In this document: positions 37,851 through 50,162 of the stretch, piece by piece
Layout: each line of letters opens with the position of its first letter
How positions within the stretch are numbered: position 1 is the stretch's first letter
Source of the DNA: Octopus sinensis
Lineage: Eukaryota
NCBI RefSeq assembly: GCF_006345805.1
Contig: NC_043007.1
Location: 19,716,001-19,780,000, forward strand
Reading direction: 5' to 3'
Length of the DNA: 64,000 nucleotides
The notes under the pieces: model-generated
Told to the model about the DNA's origin: nothing
What the model saw: only the letters and a program-made list of their open reading frames with translations
The model's database searches: none
Position numbers and translations under genes: made by a program

Positions 37851-39769
37851 TATATACACCACAGGATTCTTTCAGTTTCCGTCTAACAAATCCCCTCACA
37901 AGACTTGGGTCGGCTCGGGACTATAGTAGAAGACACTTACTCAAGGCGCCACGCAGTGGGACTGAACTCAGAACCAAATGGTTTGAAAGCAAGTTTTTTT
38001 TACCACACAGCCACACCTGCGCTTAAATGGAATATTTTAGAAAGAAAATCTTGTATATATCAATGAGTATTGCCTTATTTGTTGTTATCTCTCAAGCACA
38101 CACACACATACACACATACACACACAAACATATGCGTACTTAATACACATGCACTCATGTTTTTCTGTGAGAAAACAAAAATATAAAACAAATGTATATC
38201 TGGGAAAAGGATGTGAAGTGACCTACATGGATAATAGTCTCATTCCACGAAGAAAAACTTCATCCAATTCCAAACAGGATCCTTAGTTTTGTATTATCTC
38301 GTCAAGTATCGTTTTAATGAGAATCGAGACCCTTATTCCTTATTTTCTCACAGATATATAGTCTTTTTTTTTTAAAATTTGGGGCAGGATGTTTTCGAAG
38401 TGGAGGGGAAATTTAGTTAAGCTTAAGGAAAGGTCAAGAAACTTTGCAAACAAATTCAGCGAATAACAATTGAACGGAAATATAAAACTGTTATATATGA
38501 TTAATATGAATAAGTTACCATCAACAGCTGTGACAACAGCAGCAACATTAACAATAGCAACAACGACAACAATAACAACAACAACAGCTGCCACAAAGAA
38601 CACTTTCCTTCATTAAATACGCTGGCGAATTAATGAGTTTTAACCACGTTATCATTATAACGAGAAAATTTTCTCGCCCTGTAAGTAACTTAATTGTAGG
38701 AATTTTTGTGTGGCCTGATATGTAGGGTTGGGTAGGGACTAAATGAACTTGGGTTAGCACTTAGTTTTTTTTTTTTTCATTTTCTTTTTAATTATTCTTG
38801 TTAATTATTCTCACGTTCATTATTTCTGTGATAGTTCATACGAATGTTAAATCGGTTCTTGTTGAACATCGATAATTGAAAACTTCAGAATAAGCGGGTG
38901 GCGTATTGAAGAACGAGGAGAACTTCAGTTTGGCTGATATCTGGTCTGTATTAACTAATAAAACAGTGGAATCCGGGGAAAAATAGACAAGTGATGTTCG
39001 ATGTCGATGGAAAAATAAGAATAGAAATATTGGTTTAAAATTTCAGATTTTAAAATTTTGGCACAAAGTCAGAAATTTCGGAGAATTTTCGCAATTTATC
39101 CAGTACAACCCTTAAACAAGTAAATAGTATTTTCCTAAACAATAGATCCACTTATTTCGGTTAGTGACTTATTCACAAGTATACCAACACTAGCGCCCCT
39201 GAGGGCAGTATTCTCTGGGAACGCACAAAAGCCCTTTTCAGAGTTATCTACTTTGAATCGTTATTATCTCATATCTGATTATCCTGTTATTACAAAGTCA
39301 GAAATTTCGGAGAATGGGGCAAAATGATTACGTTGACCCCAGTGATTAACTGATACCGATTTTATCGAATGTGAAAGGATGTAAAGTAAAGCCGACTTCG
39401 GAGAAATTTAAACTCAGAACGTAAAGGCAGATGGAATGCCAGCAAGCATTTTGCCCGACGTGCTAGCGATACTGTCGGATCGCCACCTTAAATGCTACAT
39501 ACATTAAGGTCACTTTTAAGCTGTGAAGAAATAGAGACGTTTAACGTTTCGGTCTGTCGTACATCATCAAGGAAGAGAAAAGTGAGAGAGAGAGTGAGAG
39601 AGAGGGAGAGAGAGAGAGAGAGAAAAAGAGAAGATGAATAGAAGGAGAGGGTAAAGCAGTGTTTTCGTTTAAGTCCAAAATTTCTAACTCAGCTCTTTTC
39701 TCAAAAGGTCAGCCGTCCAACTATTGAGAACATTCCGAAAGTCAAAGAGAAATAGGATAACTATGCACG

Positions 39770-39965
39770 CTGCTTCGAAACCCTCAGCTTCTGTATCCCG
39801 GTTGTAAATTCATATCTATACCAGTAATAATTGGTGCACGTTTGTTACTAGATTCCTAAGTGACAATCTTGAAAAAATAGTAGACAAACAAACACGCACG
39901 CAAAGACACAATCTGTAAGCAGAACATTAAAAATATACAAGACTTTTCTCAAGTTTAAAATGTGA
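39770..39965 (+). mobile_element. Degraded 3' end of the R4/Dong-like LINE family
   Basis: Similar to 49470-49685 (CGAAACC.CCAGCTTCTGTATCC...AATAATTGG...AAGACTTTTCTCAAGTT). Confidence 0.7.
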
Positions 39966-39980
39966 CATTGTTATGTTACT

Positions 39981-40200
39981 CTCTTTTACTTGTTTCAGTC
40001 ATTTGACCGTGGCCATGCTGGAGCACCGCCTTTTTCTTTTAGTCGAGCAAATCGACCCCAGGACTTATTCTTTGTAAGCCTAGTACTTATTCTATCGGTC
40101 TCTCTTGCCGAACCGCTAAGTTACGGGGACGTAAACACACCCGCATCGGCTGTCAAGCGATGTTGGAGGGACAAAGACAGACACACAAACATACACACAC

Positions 40201-40232
<32 letters not shown>

Positions 40233-40398
40233 ACATATATACGACGGGCTTCTTTCAGTTTCCGTCTACCAAATCCACTCACAAGGCTTTAGTCGGCCCG
40301 AGGCTATAGTAGAAGACACTTGCCCAAGGTGCCACGCAATGAGACTGAACCCAGAACCATGTGGTTCGTAGGCAAGCTACTTACCACACAGCCACTCC
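39981..40398 (-). mobile_element. SINE family S2
   Basis: Full-length reverse-complement S2. Confidence 0.9.
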
Positions 40399-40408
40399 CA
40401 TTATTATT

Positions 40409-40490
40409 TGGCAGCGATGGGATTCGAACCCACACCTCCGAAGAGAATGGTGCCTAAAACCAGCGCCTTAGACCACTCGGCCACGCTACC
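40409..40490 (-). tRNA. tRNA-Leu(TAG), 82 nt, possibly a decaying copy
   Basis: GGTAGCGTGGCCGAGTGGTCTAAGGCGCTGGTTTTAGGCACCATTCTCTTCGGAGGTGTGGGTTCGAATCCCATCGCTGCCA: cloverleaf with long variable arm and anticodon TAG; C:U mismatch at the top of the anticodon stem and a G.U pair in the T stem. Confidence 0.92.
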
Positions 40491-40592
40491 TCACGTTATC
40501 AATATTCTAAAGATGAGACTTTGTATCTTTGTTAGAAAGCAGCTCCAGCTTTACAGGAAGATTTCAAATAATTAAAAATAATAAAAAAACAT

Positions 40593-40975
40593 AGGTGCAG
40601 GAGTGGCTGTGTGGTAAGTAGCTTGCTAACCAACCACATGGTTCCGGGTTCAGTCCCACTGCGTGGCATCTTGGGCAAGTGTCTTCTTGTGAGTGGATTT
40701 GGTAGACGGAAACTGAAAGAAGCCTGTCGTATATATATATATATATGTGTGTGTGTGTATGTCTGTGTATGTCTGTGTTTGTCCTCCTAGCATTGCTTGA
40801 CAACCGATGCTGGTGTGTTTACGACCCCGTCACCTAGCTGTTCGGCAAAAGAGACCGATAGAATAAGTACTGGGCTTACAAAGAATAAGTCCCGGGTCGA
40901 TTTGCTCGACTAAAGGCGGTGCTCCAGCACGGCCGCAGTCAAATGACTGAAACAAGTAAAAGAATAAAAGAAAAA
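40593..40975 (+). mobile_element. SINE family S2 (small internal deletion)
   Basis: S2 head and tail; divergent from the copy at 39981-40398. Confidence 0.9.
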
Positions 40976-41294
40976 AGAATTTATGCAAAAGATAAAAGTT
41001 TAAATTTCCTCTTCCTTTTGAATTTGAACATCTTCGTTTTTCAATTTAAACATTTGCTTTTAATTTCGGTTTAAAATATACTTCCTCTTCTTGGTTTCGT
41101 TTTGTTTTTTTAAACCAAATAAACGTTTCATCACTTCGTTGTTTCAAAGTGCAAAAGAAAAAAAATAGGTTACAGAAACTGAAAAAGAAAATAAATTTAG
41201 CTGCAAGTCACTGGCGGTCATGTAACTACGCTCTAATATTTTCAGTTTTTAGCAAAATGACGTACGCAGTATATTATGCATCCTACATAGTATG

Positions 41295-41860
41295 GATGTA
41301 GGCGCAATGGCCCAGTGGTTTGGGCAGCGGACTCGCGGGTTGGGATCGCGGTTTCAATCTCCAGGCGGCGAGCTGGCAGAAACGTTAGCACGTCGGGCGA
41401 AATGCATAGCGGTATTTCGTCTGCCGTTACGTTGTTTCAAATTCCGCCGAGGTCGACTTTGCCTTTCATCCTTTCGGGGTCGATAAATTAAGTACCAGCT
41501 ACGGACTGGGGTCGATGTAATCGACTTAATACCTATGTCTGTCCTTGTTTGTCCCTTCTATGTTTAGCCCCTTGTGGGTAGTAAAGAAATGGGTTTCAAT
41601 CTCCAGACCGGGCATTGTGAGTGTTTATTGAGCGAAAACACCTACAGCTCTACGAGGCTCCGGCAGGGGTTGGTGGTGAACCCTGCTGTACTCTTTCACC
41701 ACAACTTTCTTTCACCCTTTCTTCCTGTTTCTGTTGTACCTGTATTTCAAAGAGCCAGCCTTGTCACGCTCTGTGTCACACTGAATCTCCCCGAGAACTT
41801 CGTTAAGGTTACACGTGTCTGTGGAGTGTTCAGCCACTTGTACGTTAATAAATGAGCTGC
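41295..41860 (+). mobile_element. S3 SINE containing a nested S1 SINE (41365-41591)
   Basis: 15-bp TSD GGTTTCAATCTCCAG at 41350-41364 and 41592-41606. Confidence 0.9.
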
Positions 41861-42140
41861 GACGTCACTGGCGCCAAGCTGTATCGGCCCCCTTTGCCTT
41901 TCCCTTGGATAACACTGGTGGGGTGGAGGGAGGAGGCTGGTATGCATGGGCGACTGCTGGTCTTCCATAAACAACTTTGCACAGACTTGTGCCTCGGAGG
42001 GTAACTTTCTAGGTGCAATCCCATGGTCATTCATGACTGAAGGAGGTCACACAATCACACATAGTGTGGTCAGAATATGTTTATTTATTCCCTTGGTAAA
42101 GCTTTGGACTAAAAATTTAGTTTATGAATTTCTCTTTTTT

Positions 42141-42374
42141 TCTCTTTTACTCTTTTACTTGCTTCAGTCATTTGACTGTGGCCATGCTGGAGCACCGCCT
42201 TTAGTCGAGCAAACCGACACAAAGACTTATTCTTTGTAAACCTAGTACTTATTCTGTCGGTCTCTTTTGCCGAACCGCTAAGTTACGGGAACGTAAACAC
42301 ACCAGCATCGGTGACAAGCGATGTTGGGGGACAAACACAGACGCACAAACATATACACACACAAACATATCTTA

Positions 42375-42413
<39 letters not shown>

Positions 42414-42590
42414 ATACATATATACGAAGGGCTTCTTTCAGTTTTCGTCTACCAAATCCACTCACAAGGCTTTGGTCGGCCGAGGCTATAGGAGAAGACA
42501 CTTGCCCAAGGTGCCACGCAGTGGGGCTGAACTCGGAACCGTGTGGTTCGTAAGCAAGCTACTTACCACACAGCCACTCCTACGCCTATG
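42141..42590 (-). mobile_element. SINE family S2
   Basis: Full-length reverse-complement copy. Confidence 0.9.
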
Positions 42591-43014
42591 CGATGGAGCA
42601 AAAGTTTCGGTTTTAGGATTTATTAAATAAGGGTATTTGAAGCAAATATATTTTTTCTATAAAAATAAGTATTTTACATTCAGCATATATTTCTAATTCT
42701 AGATTTTAGATCTATTTACGCTCGCGTGCGCAAATATATACGGTTGAAATTCAGAGAAAAACATAAGACGAAAACAAGTGTTTAAACAACAACCAAGTGT
42801 ATAAGTTTGGCGCTCTGGAAAATGAAAAAAGTCTTTTATGTTTCAAGCCTATGCTCTTCAATAGAAAGAAATACGAGAAATTAAGCAGAAAAAGAATGCA
42901 AAAAACAAACTTGTTGAATTCAGCGGTCCTGCATGACGAATGTATATATATATATTTGGGCCGACCAAAGACTTGTTAGTGGATTTAGTAGAAGGAAACT
43001 GAAAGAAATACGTC

Positions 43015-43050
<36 letters not shown>

Positions 43051-43284
43051 ATGTGTGTGTGTGTGTATATGTGTGTATATGCGTGTGTGTGTCATTGTGT
43101 TTGTGTTTGTCACCACGACCGACTGACAACCGGTGCTGGTGTGTCTGCATCCCCGTAAACTAGCGGTTTGGCAAAGAGATCAATAGAATAAGTACCATGC
43201 TTTAAAAAAAAAATTCATTCGACTAAAAAATTCAGTACGGTGCCCCAGCATGACCACAGTCTAATGACTGAAACACGTAAAAGA

Positions 43285-43317
<33 letters not shown>

Positions 43318-43701
43318 ATATAGGGAGAATTCACAAAAAAAAGACGAAAGACAGGTGGTGTAATCAAACAGATGTATTAGTTTAACGCTTGGGAAGTGAA
43401 AAGTCTTTAACGTTTCGAGCCTACTCTCTTCCACAGGAAGGAACACAGAAAGAAATAAGGAGAGAAAATAAAGAATGTCTAGTGGCTAGCGATCTATCAT
43501 GGTGAATCATATATATATATATATTTATTCTATTTATTCTTTTACTTGTTTCAGTCATTTGACAGCGGCCATTCTGGAACACTGCTTTTAATCGAGCGTA
43601 TCGACCCCAGGACTTATTTTTTGTAAACCTAGTACTTATTCTATCGGTCTCTTTTGCCGAAGCGCTAAGTTAAGGTGATGTAAACACCAGAATCGGTGGA
43701 A

Positions 43702-43771
<70 letters not shown>

Positions 43772-44038
43772 CAAATCCATTCGCAAAGCTGACCGACCTT
43801 TTTTCTTCATCTCCAGTTTTTGAGATGAAGGAAAAAGGTTAGCCATTTCCCCAACATTCCGTATAAATACTTAAATATGATTTCTGATGAAGTTTCAGCT
43901 AAGCAATACACGCTTTCTCCTACCAAATACTGTCTACAAATTCTTTCTGTATATATGCTTCTATGCAATCATGATTTTTGATGAACTTATAAATAATTAT
44001 TAATTGATTTTACTACCTATTTTGAACACTTTTATTTC

Positions 44039-44130
44039 AACACAAAAGCCCCTCTTAACATTTTCAACACAAAGCCCCTCTTAACATTTTCAACACATCA
44101 CAAAGCCCCTCTTAACATTTTCTTAACATT
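44039..44130. repeat. Minisatellite, three copies of ~ACAAAGCCCCTCTTAACATTTTCA
   Basis: Direct reading. Confidence 0.85.
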
Positions 44131-44352
44131 GTCAAAGATTCTATTTCTTAACATTTTCTTCTCATTGTCAAAGACTGTATCACTGTATTTTAATACATCT
44201 ATGTTAACTATTTTTTAACACCACAAAGCCTTACATTTTACTTTTGAAAGTCTTTTTTTAAAAAATTGAAACCGGTCAAGTCAATAAACAGCTTAAAAAG
44301 ATCTCTGCCTTTTCAAATCCTCTTCCCTATATATGTATGTATGTATATATAC

Positions 44353-44387
<35 letters not shown>

Positions 44388-44644
44388 ATAGTTTAAAAAA
44401 AACGCCACTAATAAGATAAATTTTAATTTTCTTAGAGATTTTACATATTTCGTCGTTCTTCTTGAGAAAACGAGCCTTATCAAAACTATTTTAAAAATGT
44501 AAGTGTAATAAAAAGTTCATATTGTTTCTTACTAGTCTCCTCAGAGTCCACGTTGTGGTGTTTTTGGGGGGATGGAGAGCATAATGGCTGTCTTGTGCAT
44601 TGACCAGATTCGTTGGCTGTAATCCCCCCCAAACATACCTACAT

Positions 44645-44682
<38 letters not shown>

Positions 44683-44732
44683 TATATATATATATATATA
44701 TATATATCTATATATATATATATATCTATATA

Positions 44733-45030
44733 GTGACGTATTTTTCCATTTTCAATATGGCTAACCCCTAAGGGTGATGCTCTGTAGTTTTTAGCCCCAG
44801 GAGACACACTCCCAGCTGGCATAGACACACTTTCTGTGTCCTGTCAGTATTTGCAACGGGAAGTCATCCTTCCCGTTGAAGACGGGAAGGATGACTTCCC
44901 TTTGCAAATACTGACAGACACAGAAAGTGTGTCTATGGCCAGCTGGAGGAGTGGTGTCCTCCTGGGGCTAAAAACTACAGTAGCATCCACCCTAGGGGTT
45001 AGCCATATTGAAATGGCAAAAATACGTCAC
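44733..45030. mobile_element. Complete ~298-bp foldback palindrome (MITE-like)
   Basis: Begins GTGACGTATTTTT and ends AAAAATACGTCAC; arms pair along the full length to a ~5-nt centre (CCCGT TGAAG ACGGG). Confidence 0.85.
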
Positions 45031-45072
45031 GATTTGTTACCGCTACTGTATATAACTCACTTGATATTTATC

Positions 45073-45145
<73 letters not shown>

Positions 45146-45166
45146 ATATATAATACATAGATATAT

Positions 45167-45207
<41 letters not shown>

Positions 45208-45267
45208 TATATAATATATATACATATATATAATATATATTACACACCATATATATATATATATATA

Positions 45268-45335
<68 letters not shown>

Positions 45336-45875
45336 TGTGTGTGTGTGTGTATTGCGTTTTTCTTGTTTCAGTCATTTGACTGCGGCCATATATATATATT
45401 TTTTGACTCCACATACAAAAAAACTTCGGTCAAATTTTGGTTAGGCAGTGTCAAAATGTCAGTTTGTACTCGTTATTGCGACGTTCAAAATGTTTAATTC
45501 TATCACGTATTCATCTGATGAAAGCGGGTTTTTTTGTTTGATGTAAGACTTATAGTCATCAATAAAAAACGACGTGTGAAACATTTGTAGTTAACCACAA
45601 TCCTTCTGTTGTTATTAGTTTGTCATTGACCGAACACGGAACCTGCAATTCGCTTAGATCTGGAGTCTATTCAGTGTAGTGCAAAGGGTGCAATGTTTGT
45701 AACCATGTGTCACCTTGATGACTCGTTGCATATTCAGTCGGTCATTTGTGATTGTACTCAAAACCGAAGTGCAAATCCGTGTTTACTTTAGTAAGGACGT
45801 ATTTGTCTTCAATCCTTGTACACTGAACTAACGTGATGGTTTACTATTTAAGTACCTGATCCGCTTGAATTCTGG

Positions 45876-45957
<82 letters not shown>

Positions 45958-46071
45958 ATATATATGTATGTATATGTATATGTATATATATATAATATAT
46001 ATATATATATCTATATGTATATATATATATATATCTGTATATATATATATATATATGTATATATCTATATC

Positions 46072-46103
<32 letters not shown>

Positions 46104-46142
46104 CATTGTATATGTATTTATGTATGTATGTATCTATCTATC

Positions 46143-46173
<31 letters not shown>

Positions 46174-46495
46174 CTCTATATATACACACACATATACATA
46201 TATATACATATATATATATGTATATATATACATGCATATATGGATACAGGACTTCAAAAAAACAAAGTTATTTTCAAGGGACAAAATCAACATCCATTTA
46301 AACGCTATGCTATCAGCAAAAGAAGGAAAATAAAGCAGAATGTAAAAATTAATGATTGTTTTACTGTAAATATTTGTAAAACCATCTTGAAAGAAATCGA
46401 GTGAAAAATGTGACCTGATTTCCCAAACTAATATATTCTGTATAGTCTCTGGACATAAATCCGCGTTTCTAGTTGACATTATATAAACCAGTATT

Positions 46496-46728
46496 AAGGC
46501 GGAGAGCTGGCAGAAACGTTAGCACGCCGGGCGAAATGAGTAGCCGTATTTCGTCTGCTGTTACGTTCTGAGTTCGAATTCCGCCGAGGTCGACTTTGCC
46601 TTTCACCCTTTCGGGTTCGATTAAATAAGTACCAGTTACGCACTGGGGTCGATATAATCGACTTAATCCGTTTGTCTGTCCTTGTTTGTCCCCTTTGTGT
46701 ATAGCCCCTTGTGGGCAGTAAAGAAATG
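46496..46728 (+). mobile_element. S1 SINE with an 18-bp TSD
   Basis: ATTATATAAACCAGTATT at 46478-46495 and 46729-46746. Confidence 0.93.
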
Positions 46729-47629
46729 ATTATATAAACCAGTATTGTACCACCGAACGCGTTTTTTTTTATCATGAACACACACACATAAAGGGTAAAG
46801 GGTAACGACCCCCTTCGGTCAAGAATGACCGTGGGATTGCAGATAGAAAGTTCCCCTCCGAGGCCCAAGTCCGGGCAACAATGTTTGTGCGTGGGTGACT
46901 AGCAGTCACCCATGCATACCAGCCTCCCCTTCTCCACGCCACCAATGTTATCCAAGGGAAAGGCAAAGGGGCCAATACAGCTTGGCACCTGTGATGTCGC
47001 AAGCCATTTCTGCAGATGAGTGAACTGGAGCAACGTGAAATAAAGTATCTTGCTCAAGAACACAACACTCAGCCCAGTCCGGAAATCGAACTCACTACCT
47101 CATGATTGTGAGCCTGACGCGCTAACCACTGAGCTATGCGCATTCACACATGCTTGCTTTTATTTTCAGGTATTTCTTTTAGCTAACCTATAAATCCCCA
47201 TCTTATTTTAAGCAACATTCATGTAAAGTTATATTTAACGTGTTGTTTGTAATCAATCGTGATAAGAACAATCGCTGCAAGAATAACCCCGCTGAAGAAA
47301 ATTCTCGCCTTGGCCGTTGTAAATGCAGATTATGTTTTGGGCTTAGTCATTAGATCACAGTTTGAATGCGTTTCTGAGTTAGCTTTCGTAGCCGCAGTAG
47401 CGGAACGTCCTACGATTTAATGACGTCACTCACCACCCGAAGCAAAACGCGTATTTCGCAAGGCTCAACAGAGAATTACCCCACCCCACCGCGGGTATAT
47501 TCGTGCCGTGAAGGTCTTATTAAATCCGACTACAGTCGAAGGTGTTAAACATGATTTTTCATCGGTATAAATAAAATAAAAACAGACGTTTTTTTAAAAC
47601 TGACTTAATCAAAATCTTTGGGGAGAGAG

Positions 47630-47980
47630 GCAGTCGATTAGATCGACTCCAGTACGCAACTGGTACTTAGTTTATCGACCCCGAAAGGAGGAAAGGAAAA
47701 GTCGACCTCGGTGGAATTTGAGCTCAGAATGTAAAGACAGACGAAATACCTATTTCTTTACTACCCACAAGGGGCTAAACACAGAGGAGACAAACAAGGA
47801 CAGACATAGATATTAAGTCGATTACATCGACCCCAGTGCGTAACTGGTACTTAATTTATCGACCCCGAAAGGAGGAAAGGAAAAGTCGACCTCGGTGGAA
47901 TTTGAGCTCAGAATGTAAAGACAGACGAAATACTGATAAGCATTTCATCCGCCATGCTACCGTTTCTGCCAGATTACCGC
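47630..47980 (-). mobile_element. Tandem S1 SINEs
   Basis: Two reverse-complement cores. Confidence 0.85.
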
Positions 47981-48639
47981 CATTTTCCCTATGTATATTA
48001 ACAAGAAACCCTGTCTTTGAGCACTTGCTAATACTCTAAATTGTTTATTGAACTTGCGGGTGCCATTAGATGAGTAAAGGATAGAAAAGGAAATTAAATG
48101 TAACATACCAGAAAAATTACACGAATTGGGAATAAGATGTGCAAATATCGTTTAGCGGCGAGCTGAAAACTGCCTGGAGAGCAGCGTTTCAACTAGTTCA
48201 ATGAACAGATATTTCCATTCAGAGAATTGATAAAGAAAAAATTAGCCAGGCAATCATTAAATGAGTTGTTTGTTGATATTTTCATGGAAATTATACCTAG
48301 CGTTCACAAAAATGTCGATAAGGGCAGACAATTTTTTTGACAAGCGAACTGATAAGAGATAAATTAAGAGAGATATATTCCTGGAATCAGAATGTCTCTG
48401 TTAATTAAAATCTGTCCAAATAATTCAGAGTAATTATGTAATGAACAGCTGTAAATAAGTAATTGTTACATTCTATGGAGAACTTTAATCATGTCAGAGG
48501 CAACGACCTTAAAAGTGAAAGCGCCTACGGGTCACTTGCTTAGCAAGAAATAGCTGTCGAATTCCTTCAAATCGCATCCTCTTCTTTCGGAAAAGGAATG
48601 ATATGTAATATAACGAATGTACGAAATATACACACGTGT

Positions 48640-48964
48640 ATGCATGCATGCATACATACATACATACATACATAAATACATACATACATACATACATACA
48701 TACATACATGCATGCATGCATGTATACATACATACATACATACATACATACATGCATGCATGCATGCATACATACGTACATGTATACATACATAGATATA
48801 TACATACATAATACATACATAGGTGCATACATACATACCTACATGCATGCAAGCATACATACATAGGTCTATACATACATGCATACATACATAGGTATAT
48901 ACATACATACATACATACATAATACATACATAGGTGCATACATACATACCTACATACATACATA
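48640..48964. repeat. (CATA)n/(CATG)n array
   Basis: Direct reading. Confidence 0.95.
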
Positions 48965-49759
48965 TGGAAGATTGAAGAAGAGAGTAGACTTGACACGAAG
49001 CGCAGCCTCATGTCGACCCAAGACCACTACATCACATCACATTTTGAAGACTAAGTGTTTGCAATCCAGGAACAGTAGATTGCCACAAAGTACCTGGTGA
49101 ACAAGAGAGTCAGGGACGCTTTTGTAATCCCAAGATGCAACCGCATGTGTAGGCTATGTCATATTTCTGTGGAAGACATCACGCATGTGATTAGCAGCTG
49201 TCCTAAAATGTCGTCATGGTACTACCTCCCTAAGCGGCACGATGTTGTCGCGAAAACAATTTACGATGTTATTCGCAAAAATGACTGTCCTGAAATAAAC
49301 TTAGAAAATCCCTCTATTATGGAATACATTCATAAACACCAGCTCAAGGAATCTGGAGGAATATTCCCATCAAAACTTCTGTCAAACGTACCATCTTAGA
49401 GGTTAGCTGTGCTACAGATATAAATATCTCTTTGAAAGTCAAAGAAAAAGAGGATATCTATGGACAATTGTTTCGAAACCTCCAGCTTCTGTATCCAGAC
49501 TATGAATTCATATTCATACCAATAATAATTGGAACACTAGGTTTTGTTAGTAAATGCTTAAAGGAGAATCTGGATAAACTGGGATTTTCAGAAGAGAAAT
49601 CGACCGGATGATTCGTACATTACAAGCGCAATCCGTGAGTGGAACAGTAAAAATATGCAAGACTTTTCTCAAGTTCCAAATGTGAATTTGTCTGTTTTAG
49701 CTACATCCCAAAGCTGGAGCCTTGTCTCTTTGTTGGAAACAGTTACAAATTAGAAGTGG
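48965..49759 (+). mobile_element. R4/Dong-like RLE LINE, 5'-truncated, degraded 3' portion
   Basis: CCHC finger CRLCHISVEDITHVISSC..RHDVVAKTIY, then a restriction-like endonuclease region (NLQLLYPDYEFIFIPIIIGTLG); frameshifted. Confidence 0.8.
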
Positions 49760-49894
49760 CATACATACATTTTGTTTCCTGTGGGGCAGGGACCAAAAAT
49801 CATGCACTATTGTAGAGATCAGTAGCCCAGCGGTTGCGTTTTGCTTTTCATAAAACATAACAAGTCCTGGAATTGCATTAGTTTGTTTTGTTAT

Positions 49895-50162
49895 GGGGTG
49901 GAATTTGAACTCGGAACGTAAAGACAGACGAAATACCTATTTCTTTACTACCCACAAGGGGCTAAACACAGAAGGGACAAACAAGGACAGAAAAACGGAT
50001 TAAGTCGAATATATCGACCCCAGTGTGCAACTGGTACTTATTTAATTGACCCCGAAAGGATGAAAGGCAAAGTCGACCTCGGCGGAATTTGAACTCAGAA
50101 CGTAGCGGCAGACGAAATACCGCAAAGCATTTCGCCCAGCGTGCTAACGTTTCTGCCAGCTC
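49895..50162 (-). mobile_element. S1 SINE plus a partial second unit
   Basis: Reverse-complement S1. Confidence 0.85.

Noticed and set aside
47421-47428. TGACGTCA (CRE palindrome) in a unique GC-richer patch
   Set aside because: A single 8-mer with no nearby gene start; one hit in 64 kb is expected by chance
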